Shown here one piece after another: positions 1 to 13,089 of a stretch of 64,000 nucleotides of DNA. The stretch comes from Squalus acanthias. Taxonomy: Eukaryota. The notes below the pieces were generated by a model that did not search any database, was not told the origin of the DNA, and saw only the letters and a program-made list of their open reading frames with translations. Every line of letters starts with the position of its first letter. The first letter of the stretch is position 1. The translations under genes were made by a program, and so were the position numbers. Where the stretch lies: assembly GCA_030390025.1 (NCBI GenBank), contig CM059432.1, positions 79,300,001-79,364,000 of the forward strand, read 5' to 3'.

Positions 1-482
1 TTTCCAGCACAGCTTGTGGGTCAAGAGGAGCAGGAGTGCTTGCCCCCGACCCAACAAGCAAACCTGTTACTCTTCCTGTGATCCACTGCCCCCCCGCCAC
101 CCCCCCCACGATGGGATCTCCCTCCGCGATCGGACCCCCTCCACAATTTCTGACCTGAGATCTCTGACTAACTCCCCGATGTACGACCCACGATCTCTGA
201 CTCAACCCCCCCACCATGTCCAACCCATGATCTCTGACTCACCCTCCCCCCCCACCCCCGATGTCTGACCCGTGATCTCTTCCTCCGGTCCGTTCCCTGG
301 CTGCGGCCTGGTGCCGCAGGCCTACCCACCTGCCTCACATTCTGGCTGGCTGCGGCCAAGAAACAGATTCAAAAAGTTGAAATCGTTAAATTTGGCAGGA
401 CCTCCGGGAAACCCTTACTTCCAGGTATCCCGGCCATTAAACCTCCCCCGCTGCTCCCTCCCTGCCTCTGGTTATTGGGCCC
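1..482. mobile_element. Partial non-autonomous Harbinger-like element (C-rich family, related to 46065-47039)
   Basis: C-rich cacgatc repeats; shares 'gccgcaggcctaccc' and 'ggaaaccc...tccaggt' with 46860-47039; ends ...tattgggccc. Confidence 0.6.
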
Positions 483-728
483 AAAGACTTGGACACAAGC
501 AGAAATGCAGTTACATGAAAAGAAAGAGACATGAATTTTATTTTTATTTTTGCATGTGTTTGTGTTTTAAAAAAACACTTTCCAGTGATTGATTTTCAAG
601 CTGTAATCTAATTTTGGAGTTCAGATTATTTTTTTTTTTTAACAGTTTGTGTTCTTACTCAAATATCCTTTTTTAAAAAAAAACTACTAATCTCTCCTCT
701 CCCGAAGGCTGTGAATCATAGAGTCATA

Positions 729-1607
729 GGGGGGAAAATTCAGTTGGTTTGCGCCTCCCGTTAGCGCCTTAAGAGGGTGCTAATGGGGCGCAAAGCAACT
801 AGCGCCCGTGGGTGGCGATGTTTGCACCGCTCACGAATTTAACTAGACATTTTGCGGCGGCGCTAAACACTACGGCCACGATCTCCTGCACCGGCAGATC
901 GTGACATCAGTCAAGTGTGCAACGCCCCGGACCGGATATTGAGTGGCGCCCCCTGCCTTACCACCTGCCGCTAGCAACGACAGGTTGAGGGGAGCGTTTT
1001 GCAGTCAGGAAGGGACTGGGGGAGCGCTATTTAAAGGCGACCGCTTCCTGCCTTTTTTTGTTGGTGACATTTTTGCACCATGCATTCTTAGAGAGAGAGA
1101 GACTTCTGGATAGATTCAACGCTGTGTGAAGGGGTTTTGGGTACTGAGCAGCACTTTGCAGATTCATTTTGATTTGCCCTTCCTTGTATCGATTTAGAAG
1201 AGATTGTGGGGGCTGCACTCTGAGCTCTTTCCCATGGCCTCTCCATTGTTCTTTCTAGCAGATTTGATGTACAGGTCTCTCTAGGCCGAGATTCAAGGCT
1301 GCAATGAGCAGGATGTGGATGGAGAGCAAGATCAACCCTCCCCTTTAAGAACTGGCCGGCGCCATTGTGTCTGTGTTCCATTGCTGACTGACATCACATG
1401 AGCTTCACCAGCGCTCTGAGGTAGTGCCTCGCTCCTCGGCCTTTGCGCCTTAAGACAGGTGTGTAGTGCCTGATTTAGCTCTCCAATCACCTCCAGGGGC
1501 GATAAAAGCCAAGTTTGCAGTCAGAGGCAATAATTAGCGCCAGGCGCTAATCTTTGCGCCCGGCCGATAATTGCGCCCCAAATGGGGCGATACTGAATTT
1601 CTCCCCC
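729..1607. mobile_element. Non-autonomous PIF/Harbinger-like element
   Basis: 16-bp imperfect TIRs (ggggggaaaattcagt / actgaatttctccccc) and ATA/ATA TSD, inside a (catagagt)n tract. Confidence 0.75.
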
Positions 1608-3061
1608 ATAGAGTCATAGTCATAGACTATGCTGAGGTGTAACTCCATGGGCCTCAACAGCCCTCTGGTACCTCTCCCAAATGACCATTCTTCATGTGTC
1701 AGCCTAGAGAGTGAAGCCATTCAATTGTGGGAGTATTGCAGAAAACTCATCCTGTCCTCATCCAATGTGCTCATACATGCACTTCCAGCAGGAATCACTG
1801 GATAGCAATCAAGAGGGAATTAATTTTCTACCTCCCTAGCCTAGTGCAACTAAGGATATTTATGAACACGTGCACCATCATCACTGATTCTGCAATGTTC
1901 CTGATCTTTAAGATTCAGTACCACGATGGGTGTTGCATTTTCCTACTGAGGCATTCCAACATTCTAAATTCCTCAGTGTGAAAGTGCCAAGTAGCACTCT
2001 TCTGTGTGTCAGAAGGTTATAGTGGATGAAAGTTCCTACTTATTTGTTTTGTGGCAGAATGAATTGATAGCACAAGAAAGCAATTAACGATGAATAACAG
2101 AAGGACATTTGACATTGCAAATACATTACCTATCACGTCAGACGTAGGGATCATTAAAAATAATTTTCTATCAATAAATTCCCAGAATTTTTTGGGGGCT
2201 GGTGAATGGGTAAAAACAATTTCCTCCTGAATGTGAGGGAAAATTTAATTTCCTATTGTTTTCTTATCAAAAATAAGCTCTAGAGACATGCATGCATCGC
2301 ATTCGTGAAATCAACACACACATCATGTGCTGGACATGCCGTGCTGGCATCACAGATGCAATACATCTCTTTTCCTGATTTTTCAGGGCTCTGGATCATC
2401 CTTAGTTACTGCTATGAGGACGGTATCCTTTACACTGCTGCAGTCTTTCATTCCTGGCTGGGTATGGAGCAAGGACAATATACCAACACAGTTACCACAC
2501 AGAAGACTGGGGTCATCAATCAAAGGCTGACTCAGGTCAAACACCAAGCCATTTTTTGATAAAAGCAAAATCGCAACTACTCCCCTGTGCATAATCTCCT
2601 AACAATTTTTATTATCTCACCATCATAGTGGTAAGTAAATGGTTAGATCCACAACAATAAAAATTCGTGGCCAATCTGGTATACTCAGCAAGAAAAGCTG
2701 GTGCTCAGATAACATCCTCCTTTTAAAGGTCCAAAATCCTGTGTTCTGCAACTGAGGAAGAACTCAAAGCTGGCAGTAGGGCCCTGCTCCTCCTCTGCCA
2801 CCACCATCACCTACTTCTGCTTGTGAGGGAAAGGCTTCTGGGGCACTAATAGGAGCTGCAGCTGGTACTTGGATTCACCTACACAAACAGAAGAGGAACA
2901 TATGTTAGAAGTCAGCTGCAAAATACCACTTCAAACACAGCATACATAGCTAGTGATGTGTGGCGTAGTGGTATGCTGGAATATATGTGTGAGTGAAAGA
3001 GGGACCTTGTCCTGCAAGCAGAGAAATAGTGCTGAGATCTTGGAAATTTCAAAGACACATA

Positions 3062-3682
3062 GGGCTGGATTTTGATACTGGGGCGGGTTGGGGTCGTGTT
3101 ATCCACTTTTCGTGTTATCCACCCAACTGCAATTGGATGTAGGAGATTGATGCGATTTTCACCTAATTGGGCAATTGAGTTCCAGCATGTGGGAACCCAT
3201 GACCCAATTAGTGTTTTCAGTCTAAAAGTCGCCTCTGATGATGTCATCATTGCTGCTGCATTGAAGGTCTGCAAAGACTGCCTGGTCTTTGCTGTGAGAG
3301 GACCTGGAGGTAAAATGAGCAGCAGCAGTCTAAGTCTGCTCCCAGATATTTTACCACCACCACGTTGTAATAGTGAACCTGCAGCTGATAGTCAGCTATC
3401 GAAATGTGTTCCCGCCAGGTTTCACATTCGTGGTTCAGAATAGGCGTGCTTCACATAGAAAAAGGGTTAAAATCACAAAGGCCTTTCAAAATGGCATTAT
3501 AGAGGCAATTTAGTGCTTGTTAAGGGCCTTAACAGCCTATCCCACCTCATGGAGGCGGGACCAGCAGACGCGATTTAATGAAAATTGCATGGAGGCGGGT
3601 TTGTGCCCGCCCGCCAGCTTTTGCAATTTTAACCCCCCACACGCCTCCAAACCCACCTCATGGGTCAATGAAAATTCTGCCC
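3062..3682. mobile_element. Harbinger-like MITE (about 620 bp); reverse-oriented copy at 61829-62478
   Basis: TIRs gggctggatttt / aaaattctgccc; long stretches match the reverse complement of 61829-62478. Confidence 0.8.
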
Positions 3683-3808
3683 ATTGTGTGTCACCTAAGG
3701 GTGCTCAGCTTGAATGTGAATAAATGACAATGCCTCATGCAGGTAAGTTGTGTTTTAATACAATAGCAAAATACTGCGGATGCTGGAAATCTGAAATAAC
3801 AACAGAAA

Positions 3809-6280
3809 GGGCTCGATTTTAACAGCCCCGAGGAGGCGGGTTTGGAGGCGTGTCAGGTGCTAAAATCGGAAAAAATGGCTTCAGACACCCAACCCGCCTC
3901 CATCCCGCCCCCATGCGATTTTCGTGAGTGTCTGTTCAACTGCTCCCAAACTGACCCAACACCAACCGGTGGGACAGGTAGTTAAGGCAGTTAAGAGCCT
4001 GTTAACTGCCTTGATAATCCTATCATAGAGGTTTCCCATTTTCGTGCCTCTGGCTCCTGTTTCCCGTCGTGTCAAAAACAGTCCTGCTGCAAGGAGACGA
4101 ATTGGTGGAGGACATGATCTGTAGTTATTATTGGTGCAGAACTTTAAAAGCGCTCCTGTAACAGACTGGCATTCAAATGCAACAACTTTGTTGTTGGAGG
4201 TTTGGGATAAGATTTTGCAAATCTGCTGACCTTGTGACTGGTCAAGCTGACACACATCTGCTGTTTGAACTGATTGGGAATAATTTCAGGCCACTTTGAG
4301 TGTGTGCTGGCAAGCTTCTTGCCTCAACTGAAATCTATAACAACGGGATGGGAACCATTTACATCTTCTCATCCTGGTCGTCCGATTTGGAGGAAGAGCA
4401 GCGCAGCTTAGTGCTGCCGGATGAACAAGTGACTCAGCACACAGCCTCCTTGGAGGACGAGGAGGAGGACGAGTAGAAGGACGGGGAGTGACACCTTGCG
4501 GGGCCAGATGTGGCCAATCCAGCAGCAGGTGACCACATTGATGGCCGTCAGGCAAGGGATGCCCATCTCTCTTCCATTGCAGACAATCTATTTTGAAGAG
4601 TCACCATGTTTTTGTTCGTCTGGCGATTTATGTCCTCCATGGCGGTTGCCAATCTCTCCATGGCAGAACGGTCATGCGCCATTGCCTCCACAAAGGCAGC
4701 GCTCATGTTAGAGATGGACTCCTCCATTCTCTGCACACTCGCAGTTACCCTGGATGCAAACCCTGTCAGAGACTCCTGCACTTGTTCCTGGAGTTCCAGC
4801 ACCGCTCTCTTTCTGGATGGCCCCAGAGGCACAGCGTCTACATGCAGCTGAGTAGAGCTAGGAGAGTCCTGCGGCCTCCAACGAGGAGACTCCACTGCTG
4901 TCGCTGTCTCCACCATCTGCTGATGCTCACTTGTGAGCTGTGATACACCAGGTGACAACACTACTCTATGTCGCGAAGGCTCCACCGAGGTGTGCGTTGC
5001 TTCGCTGGTGCTGGGTGCGCTGAGTCCTGGTGACGCAGCTACCTCAGAGGCTCCAGGTTCCTCTGAGGAGTCGTCTGGCTCTTCCTCCTGGACAGTGAGG
5101 AGGGGGGCTCTCGATGGTCCTGTGAGAGAGTAAAGGCATGAGTTAGACATCAGATTTTCAGGTAACAGACAAATCCTTTTGTGCAGATGATCAGCAGTCA
5201 ATCTCTATGAGCATCATATGCCATTGCAGTCAATCATGAATTGTAAATGCGAGGGATGAAAATGCATTCTGTCACCAGCTTCCTCAAATGCGCCCGTCTC
5301 TCCTTCCCCCACTTCCAGCTCCTCACCACCTCCCACGATGTCATGAGCAGCCTCCTCAGCGTTGGTTAATGTGGCCAGGGATGGTGTGCCTCCTCCTGTC
5401 TTTGCTCTCTCCCTCTTATTGTGAGCTAGCTTTTCCTGCAAGGAGGGACACAAGTGGCGTTTTAGTGAGAGTGATGGAGTGAGTGTGAAGAATCCAAAAC
5501 CTAGAAGCTTAGAGGGAGACCAAGATGGAGTGAGGTGGCAAGAGGAAGCTGCCTCCCTGTGCATTGTTACTTGTTGTCATTGCATAACAGTGAGAGCAAG
5601 TGTGAGGGCTGCATAGTAGAATAGTGAAGTGATTCAGTACACAGAGAGATAGAGAGGTAAGGGTGCAAGGGAAGTAAGGGTAAGGTGGGATGTGGAGGAG
5701 CAGGCTGACAATGCAGAGTGCTGGTGATGAGAAGAGAAGGGAGGCAGTTTGAAGGTAAGTGTGATGTGATACTTTTGATCGCACAAGATCATTGAAGCGT
5801 TTTCGGCATTGCACCCAGGTGCTTGTACATAGCGACCTTGCGCTTACCTCCTCAGCAATCTGCAGCCAGGCTGCCTTTGTCTGCTGAGGAGGCTTTCTTC
5901 GGCCATTGGGAGGGAACAGAATCTGCATACGTCCTCTTACTCCCTGCACAAGAGTTTGCAGGGACTCCTCAGTGAATCGGGGAGCAGCCTTGGATTTCGC
6001 AGCACTCATGGTCACCTTGGCCCATTCAAGCTGCAGCAGTAACGAGAAATGAGAGGCTGAGGCTACATGAAGCCCTTAAAAACAAGTGCAGCAATGACCT
6101 CATCAGTGCAGACCAACAGACCCGCTCCCAGGCAATGCAGCAGGCAGCGTACATGACGGGACTAATTGAAACAATTAACGCAAAATGGGACACCGGGAGC
6201 GGATGAAACCAGCAGTGGGTCCGAAACCCGCCCACCAGGAAGCCCGCCCTCAACCCGCCTCCATTAGTAAAATCGAGCCC
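3809..6280 (-). mobile_element. Internally deleted PIF/Harbinger transposon carrying a Myb/SANT gene
   Basis: 13-bp TIR gggctcgatttta / taaaatcgagccc and AAA/AAA TSD; Myb/SANT ORF on the minus strand; no DDE transposase core seen. Confidence 0.88.
4548..6009 (-). CDS. Harbinger Myb/SANT-like DNA-binding protein; predicted exons 6009-5773, 5435-5276, 5119-4548 (322 aa)
   Basis: PRFTEESLQTLV...AWLQIAEEV...WVQCRKRFNDL (MSANTD-type). GT-AG sites join ORFs 5509-6015, 5214-5564 and 4548-5201 in frame. Confidence 0.7.
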
Positions 6281-7232
6281 AAAGTGTTCGACCTGAATCG
6301 TTGACTCTGTTTCTCCTCTCCTCGATGCTGCCTGACCTGCTGAGTGTTTCCAGCACTTTCTGTTGTTATTTAAGTTGTGTTTTAAGGTTGCTTTGTGGGC
6401 TCACTTTTCCAAATGGAAATGCAACAACAGTTCCAGTTTGAAATGGCAGTAATGGAGTGCAGACTGCTATAGTATGGACATTTTTGTTAAGCTTGGAAGC
6501 AGCTGTTTGCTGAGGGCTTAGCATGCAGTCTCAGTGATGGTTTAACAGACTGAAGGGAAAGTCTTTGTGGTATGTATCTACGTGATACACAGAAATATTA
6601 GCTAGCCTTGCTTTGGCAGAATCTGAATCCAACTCTTTTGACTGACATAGCATTTACTCTCTCCAAGTAGACTGCATAGTACTCCTGTGTGAAATGTGGC
6701 CGGCAGTCCCAAATAGGGCAATACTCCTTGGCTGCACTTCTTGCAGAAGTATCTACAAAGCAGCAACTGAAAATGGAGGTGTTCTATATTGTTGGCCAGC
6801 TATTTCCAGTTTTATGCCCAGGAACAATGAAGCAGTCACATTAAATAGTAGTTGCAGAATTTAAAGAGCTATTTTCCACTCTTGGTGATAGCGATTTCCT
6901 GCCTGTGGGCCGAAGAGCGCGCTGTGAATAAAAATGAGAACGACCTTGAGAAATCCCACAAGGTTAGCTGAACATGCACCATTTTATGGCCACACTAGAA
7001 AATCGATCCTTGTGCGTAGATTATAATTTGGTTTTGCATTAGCAAGGAATGTCATTGCGGATTGCAAGGCTTGGGTTTTCTACCCAATAAAATGAAAAGA
7101 CAAAAAATTACGGGCTGGCGAGCACAGAAGCAGAGAATCCAGGTCTAAATGTCGGTGAGCTCCATGCCTTTGATGGTGCAATGATGTTTACACATAATTG
7201 CAATGTCTTCACTGCATATTTATTAAGTTATT

Positions 7233-7989
7233 GGCCCAGATATTCTGATCGCAGGCCTCCCGCGGGCGGAGGGCTGCGATCTGGAAAAATCTGCGCCCTT
7301 ACCTGAGGGCTCCCGGGAGGCGCACAGTTCCGCTGCTGGGCCTCTCCAAACTGCCGGTGCACAGGGCCCACGTATCCCAGTGGCGCATGTAGTTCGCAGC
7401 GTCCCTGGGATCACGTGGGCCATGGGGAGCCAATCAAAGAAGGGAATCGCCCTTCATACACTTGACAGGAAGACCTGTCAAATATATGAATGGAGATCAC
7501 CCCCAAAACATAGTAAAACTTCAAATAAATTTTTTTAAAAATCACATTTTTAAAATGACTTGAAATTACATAAATTAACTATTTTAAACAAAAATTTAAA
7601 TTTTTGAAAAAAATAATTAAAGTTTTTAACGGGGCTAAAAATAAACTTACCTTTCTTTAAAGTAGTTTTAAATGATAAATCAGTGGAAATATTTCTTTTT
7701 TAACTTTTTTCAACTCTTACCCTGGTAAAAGCAGGCCTTACGTCTGCTTTTACCAGGCGCAAGAATTGTAAGTGTTTTCTGCGGGTGGAGGGTCTCCAAA
7801 AAACAGAACTATCCGCCCGTAGAGGCCCTTCTCCCGGGCAGCCGGAGGATCTGTCAAGAGCTTTCTTGACAGATCGGAAATGCCGGTTTCCAGCGCATGC
7901 GCAGTGCATGCCTGAAACCGGCATTTCCGATGTCCCTACGGGTGGGTACACAGCGCGTACACACCCGTAGGGATCGGAATATCCGGCCC
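7233..7989. mobile_element. Harbinger-like MITE with AT-rich core and internal palindromes
   Basis: TIRs ggcccagatattc / gaatatccggccc and ATT/ATT TSD; reverse copy at 61418-62825. Confidence 0.8.
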
Positions 7990-8604
7990 ATTATCTGCAA
8001 TTGATTCATCTGGAAATTTGATTTCGTAAATATTAAAATACAATACATATAGGATCAAAGACATTTAAAATCTCTATGTGACCTATAATTTTTTGATTCC
8101 TCCTTACTTTTTCCCATTTCCTTATATCTTGCAGCAACCAGAAATGTGTCAAAAGGATAGAAATTACTGTCAGCAGTGTTATAGTACAAATGCTTATTTG
8201 AGGTTAACGCCTCCATTAAAATAGCAGACAGAGGAATTTGATATGAACTTGCTACAATAACATTGGTAACAATAATTTGTACCCCGTAGAATTCTCCAAT
8301 TAATGTAGTGGAGGAAGTGCAATAATATTTGTGACTTGGAAGAGGTTTTTTTTCCCTGCACATAATAGCATGTTTGCCTTTGTTGGATATTCCATACAGC
8401 AGTCTGGTTCACAACTGCAAAGAAATTCACCCAACAGAGACCACGCAGAATGAGTAACAGTATTAAAATCACAGTCTTATGGCTGTAGGTCAGTTTGGAC
8501 TCCTGAACTGAAATATGTCCCATTACTTTACCATGTTTAATATAACCCATATGTAACCTGTAAAGAAATTATGTTGGAAATGTGGAATGCTTTTTTTTTT
8601 TAAG

Positions 8605-8733
8605 ATGAACTTCCTAACAGAATGAAGATGGGTGATAGATACTATGTAATAGGAATTCCAGCTCATATATACAGTGGTTCACAGCTAACATTATGCATGG
8701 AAGCAAACAGCATACAGCCCTGGTGCTCAAATG
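8605..8733 (+). CDS. MCMDC2: MCMDC2 internal coding exon (first one found in window; DELPNRMKMGDRYYVIGIP...EANSIQPWCSN)
   Basis: Poly-T...taag acceptor and G|gtaag donor. 129 nt, phase 1/1. Translation resembles the recalled vertebrate MCMDC2 segment (D-E...IGIP...EANSI). Confidence 0.9.
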
Positions 8734-8895
8734 GTAAGATTTATATTAATTGGCAATACTTAGGAGAAACCAATGACTTTAGAATGTAGAATAATTAAAT
8801 GTAGTGTGTGAAGTTTTTGTAAGTTCGGTTTGTGACAAGGTAGCCTAAGTTCCCACTGCTGTTCATTCAAAGGGATGCGATCCAAGTGATAATTC

Positions 8896-11800
8896 AGAAC
8901 ATAAGAAATAAGAGCCGGAGTAGGCCATACGGCCCCTTGAGCCTGCTCCGCCATTCAATGAGATCATGGCTGATCATCAACCTCAACTCCACTTTCCTGC
9001 CCAATCTCCATATCCCTTGATTCCCCTAGAGTCCAAAAATCTATCTATCTCAGCCTTGAATATACTCAAAGACTCCGCATTCACAGCCCTCTGGGGCAGA
9101 GAATCCCAAAGATTCACAACCCTCTGAGTGAAGAAATTCCTCCTCATCCGGGGTATAGAATCTTCAGGCGAGACAGAGGGGGGTGTAAAAGAGGAGGGGG
9201 TGTCGCAATATTAATCAAGGAGTCAATTACTGCAGTAAGGAGGGATGATATCTTAGCAGGTTCCTCTACCGAGGCCATATGGGTAGAACTTAAAAACGAA
9301 AAATGGGCAAGCTCTTTGCTGGGAGTGTACTATAGGCCCCCAAAGAGTCAGGGGGAGATAGAAGAACAGATATGTAGGCAAATCTCAGAGAAGTGTAGAA
9401 ATAATAGGGTAATAATAGTAGGGAATTTCAACTTCCCCAATATTAACTGGGATAGTCAGAGTGTGAAAGGCTTAGAGGGTGCGGAATTCTTAAAGTGCAT
9501 CCAGGAGAGCTTTTTGAGCCAGCATGTAGAAAGTCCGACAAGAGAGGGGGCGGTACTGGACCTAATTCTAGGGAATGTAGCCGGGCAAGTGGTAGAAGTG
9601 TCAGTAGGAGAGCATTTTGGTGACAGTGACCATAATTCGGTGAGATTTAAGGTAGTCATGGAAAAGGACAAAGATGGACCGGAAATAAAGGTTCTAAATT
9701 GGGGGAAGGCCGATTTTAATATGATAAGGCAGGATCTGGCCAACGTGAACTGGGATCAACTACTTGTAGGAAAATCCACATCATAGCAATGGGAGTCATT
9801 CAGAAAGGAAATAGAGAGAGTACAGCGCCAACATATTCCCGTAAAGGTCAAGGGTGGGACCAACAAGTCCAGGGAACCCTGGATGTCAAGGGATATACAA
9901 GAATGGATTAGGGGAAAAAAAGGGAGGCTTTTGGCAGATACAAAGGACTAAAAACAGTGGAAGCCCCAGAGGAGTATAGAAAATGCAGGGGGGTACTTAA
10001 AAAAGAAATTAGGAGAGCGAAGAGGGGGCATGAAAAAACACTGGCGGACAAAATAAAGGAAAATCCCAAGGTGTTTTATAAGTATATTAAGGGCAAGAGG
10101 ATAACCAGGGAAAGAGTATGGCCCATTAGGGACCAAAGTGGCAATCTGTATGTAGAGCCGGAAGATGTAGGTGAGGTTTTAAATGAATATTTTGCAGCTG
10201 TGTTCATTATGGAGAAGGACGTTGTAGGCATAGAAATCAGGCAGGGGGATTGTGATATACTTGAACAAATTAGCACTGAGAGGGAGGAGGTACTAGTGGT
10301 TTTAGCGGGCTTAAAAGTGGATAAATCCCCAGGCCCAAACGAGATGTATCCCAGGCTGCTGTGTGAGGCAAGGGAGGAGATTGCAGGGGCTCTGACACAA
10401 ATTTTCAGAACCTCTCTGGCCACAGGGGAGGTGCCAGAGGACTGGAGAACAGCTAACGTAGTACCATTATTCAAGAAGGGTAGTAGGGATAAACCAGGGA
10501 ATTATAGGCCAGTGAGCCTAACATCAGTGGTAGGGAAATTATTGGAAAAAATTCTGAGGGACAGAATTAGTCTCCACTTGGAGAGGCAAGGATTAATCAA
10601 GGATAGTCAGCATATCTTTGTCAGGAGGAGATCATGTCTAACCAATTTGATTGAATTTTTTGAGGGGGTGACTAGGTGTGTGGATGAGGGTAGTGCGGTT
10701 GATTTAGTCTACATGGACTTCAGTAAGGCTTTTGACAAAGTCCCGCATGGGAGACTAGTCAAGAAGGTAAGAGCCCATGGGATCCAGGGCAATTTAGCAC
10801 ATTGGATCCAAAATTGGCTTAGTGGCAGGAGGCAGAGGGTGATGGTCGAAGATTGTTTTTGTGACTGGAAGCCTGTGTCCAGTGGTGTACCGCAGAGATC
10901 GGTGCTGGGTCCCTTGCTGTTTGTAGTGTACATTAATGATTTAGATATGAATGTAGGAGGTATGATCAGTAAGTTTGCAGATGACACAAAAATTGGTGGA
11001 GTGGTAAATAGCGAGGAGTGAAACCTCAGGCTACAGGATGATATAGACGGGTTGGTCAGATGGGCAGAACAGTGGCAAATGGAATTTAACCCTGAAAAGT
11101 GTGAGGTGATGCATTTTGGGAGGACTAACAAGGCAAGGGAATACACAATGAATGGTAGGACCCTAGGAAGGACAGAGGATCAGAGGGACCTTGGTGTGCA
11201 TGTACATAGATCTCTGAAGGCAGCAGGACAGGTAGATAAGGTGGTTAAGAAGGCATATGGGATACTTGCCTTCATTAGCCGAGGCATAGAATATAAGAGC
11301 AGGGAGGTTATGATGGAGCTGTACAAAATGCTAGTTAGGCCACAGCTGGAATACTGTGTGCAGTTCTGGTCGCCACACTATAGGAAGGATGTGATTGCAT
11401 TGGAGAGGGTGCAGAGGAGATTCACCAGGATGTTACCTGGGCTGCAGCGTTTCAGCTATGAAGAGAGACTGGACAGGCTGGGTTGTTTTCCTTAGAGCAG
11501 AGAAGGCTGAGGGGAGACCTGATTGAGGTGTACAAAATTATGAGGGGCGTAGATAGAAAGGAACTTTTCCCCTGAGAAGAGGGTTCAATAACCAGGGGGC
11601 ATAGTTTCAAGGTAAGGGGCAGGAGGTTTAGAGGGGATTTGAGGAATCTGGTTGGAATCTGGAACTCACTGCCTGAAAGGGTGGTAGAGGCAGGAACCCT
11701 CACAACATTCAAGAAGCATTTAGATGAGCACTTGAAACGCCATAGCATACAAGGCTACGGACCAAGTGCTGGAAAATGGGATTAGAATAGACAGGGTTTG

Positions 11801-12828
11801 ATGGCCGGCGCAGACACGATGGGCCGAAGGGCCTCTTTCTGTGCTGTATAACTCTATGACTCTATCTCAGTCTTAAATGGCCTACCCCTTATCCTGAGAC
11901 TATGCCCCCTAGTTCTAGACACTCCAGCCAGGGGAAACAACCTCTCAGCAACTACCCTGTCAATCCCCTTCAGAATATTGTATGTTTCAATAAGATCACC
12001 TCTCATTCTTCTAAACTCCAGAGAGTATAGGCCCATTCTACACAATCTCTCATCATCGGACAGCCCTCTCATCCCAGGAATCAATCTAGTGAACCTTGGT
12101 TGCACCGCCTCTAAGGCAAATATATCCTTCCTTAGATAAGGAGCCAAAACTGTGCACAGTACTCCAGGTGTGGTCTCACCAAGGCCCTGTACAATTGTAG
12201 CAAGACTTCCTTACTCTTATACTCCAACCCCCTTGCAATAAAGGCCAACATGCCATTTGCCTTCCTTATAGCTTGCTGTACCTGCATGCTAGCTTTCTGT
12301 GTTTCTTGCACGAGAACACCCAAATCTCTCTGAACACCAACATTTGAATGTTTCTCACCATTTAAAAAATATTCTGTTTTTCTATTCTTCCTACCAAAGT
12401 GAATAACCTCACATTCCCTACATTATATTCCATCTGCCACCTTACTGCCCACTCACTTAGTCTATCTATATCCCTTTGCAGACTCTTTGTGTTCTCCTCA
12501 CAGCTTACTGTCCCACCTAGCTTTGTATCATCAGCAAACTTGGATACATTACACTCGGTCCCTTCATCTAGGTCATTAATATAGATTGTAAATAGCTGAG
12601 GCCCCAACACTGATCCTTGCGGCACCCCACTAGTTACAGCCTGCCAACCGGAAAAAGATCCATTTATCCCTACTCTCTGTTTTCTGCCTATTAACCGATC
12701 CTCTATCCATGCTACTATATTATCCCCAACCCCATGAGCCCTAATCTTGTGTAATAACCTTTTATGTGGCACCTTATCGAATGCCTTTTGGAAATCCAAA
12801 TATACTACATCCACTGGCTCCCCTTTAT
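8896..12828 (-). mobile_element. 5'-truncated CR1 LINE (8896-9148 plus 11864-12828), interrupted by another CR1
   Basis: RT motifs (YLDFQKAFDKVPH, GVPQGSVLGP, FADDTK) in ORFs 11854-12814; ttcttatg-type tail; sequence resumes across the insertion (cctcatc|tcagtc). Confidence 0.9.
9149..11863 (+). mobile_element. CR1 LINE ORF2 remnant (endonuclease plus RT; stops and frameshifts)
   Basis: ORFs 9316-9786 (GVYYRPP, GNFNFP, SDHN), 9957-11021 (RT) and 11052-11495; (ctctatga)n tail. Confidence 0.93.
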
Positions 12829-13089
12829 TAATATTAAATATTTGTGTTTAGAGTGCTGTGAGCTATTTCTGATAATCTAAAGATGTTGCAAGCTGCCTCT
12901 TTTATGTCCCACAAAAAGTGCATTAACACCTCTGTTTATAACATAGCTGCTAACGGGAACTGGATTTCACTGCTTGCATCATTGTGAATTTGGGGAAGGC
13001 AGAGATGAATGCAGTTATACTCAAAACATACGCACCTGCCTCTGACACCTCTCTTTTCCTTGCTAATTTTCCTTAACAATTTGCTCCCC

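Larger units (their letters stand above)
3759..6370. mobile_element. Short inverted Penelope-like terminal fragment, split by a Harbinger insertion
   Basis: 15-bp TSD taagttgtgttttaa at 3744-3758 and 6371-6385; same terminal sequence as 54638-54771; inverted arms aaataacaacagaaagtg / cactttctgttgttattt. Confidence 0.7.

Noticed and set aside
2305..2592. Exon-like segment after ttttcag
   Set aside because: No resemblance to MCMDC2 or any domain I recognise, and no clear donor site.
2912..3443. Near-identical ORFs here and at 62010-62508 (also 7223-7970 versus 61456-62922)
   Set aside because: They are copies of the same MITEs. The shared translation reflects DNA identity, and I see no recognisable domain.
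1..8604. Further upstream MCMDC2 exons
   Set aside because: No segment resembling the expected preceding exon was found by eye; it is probably upstream of the window, though a miss is possible.
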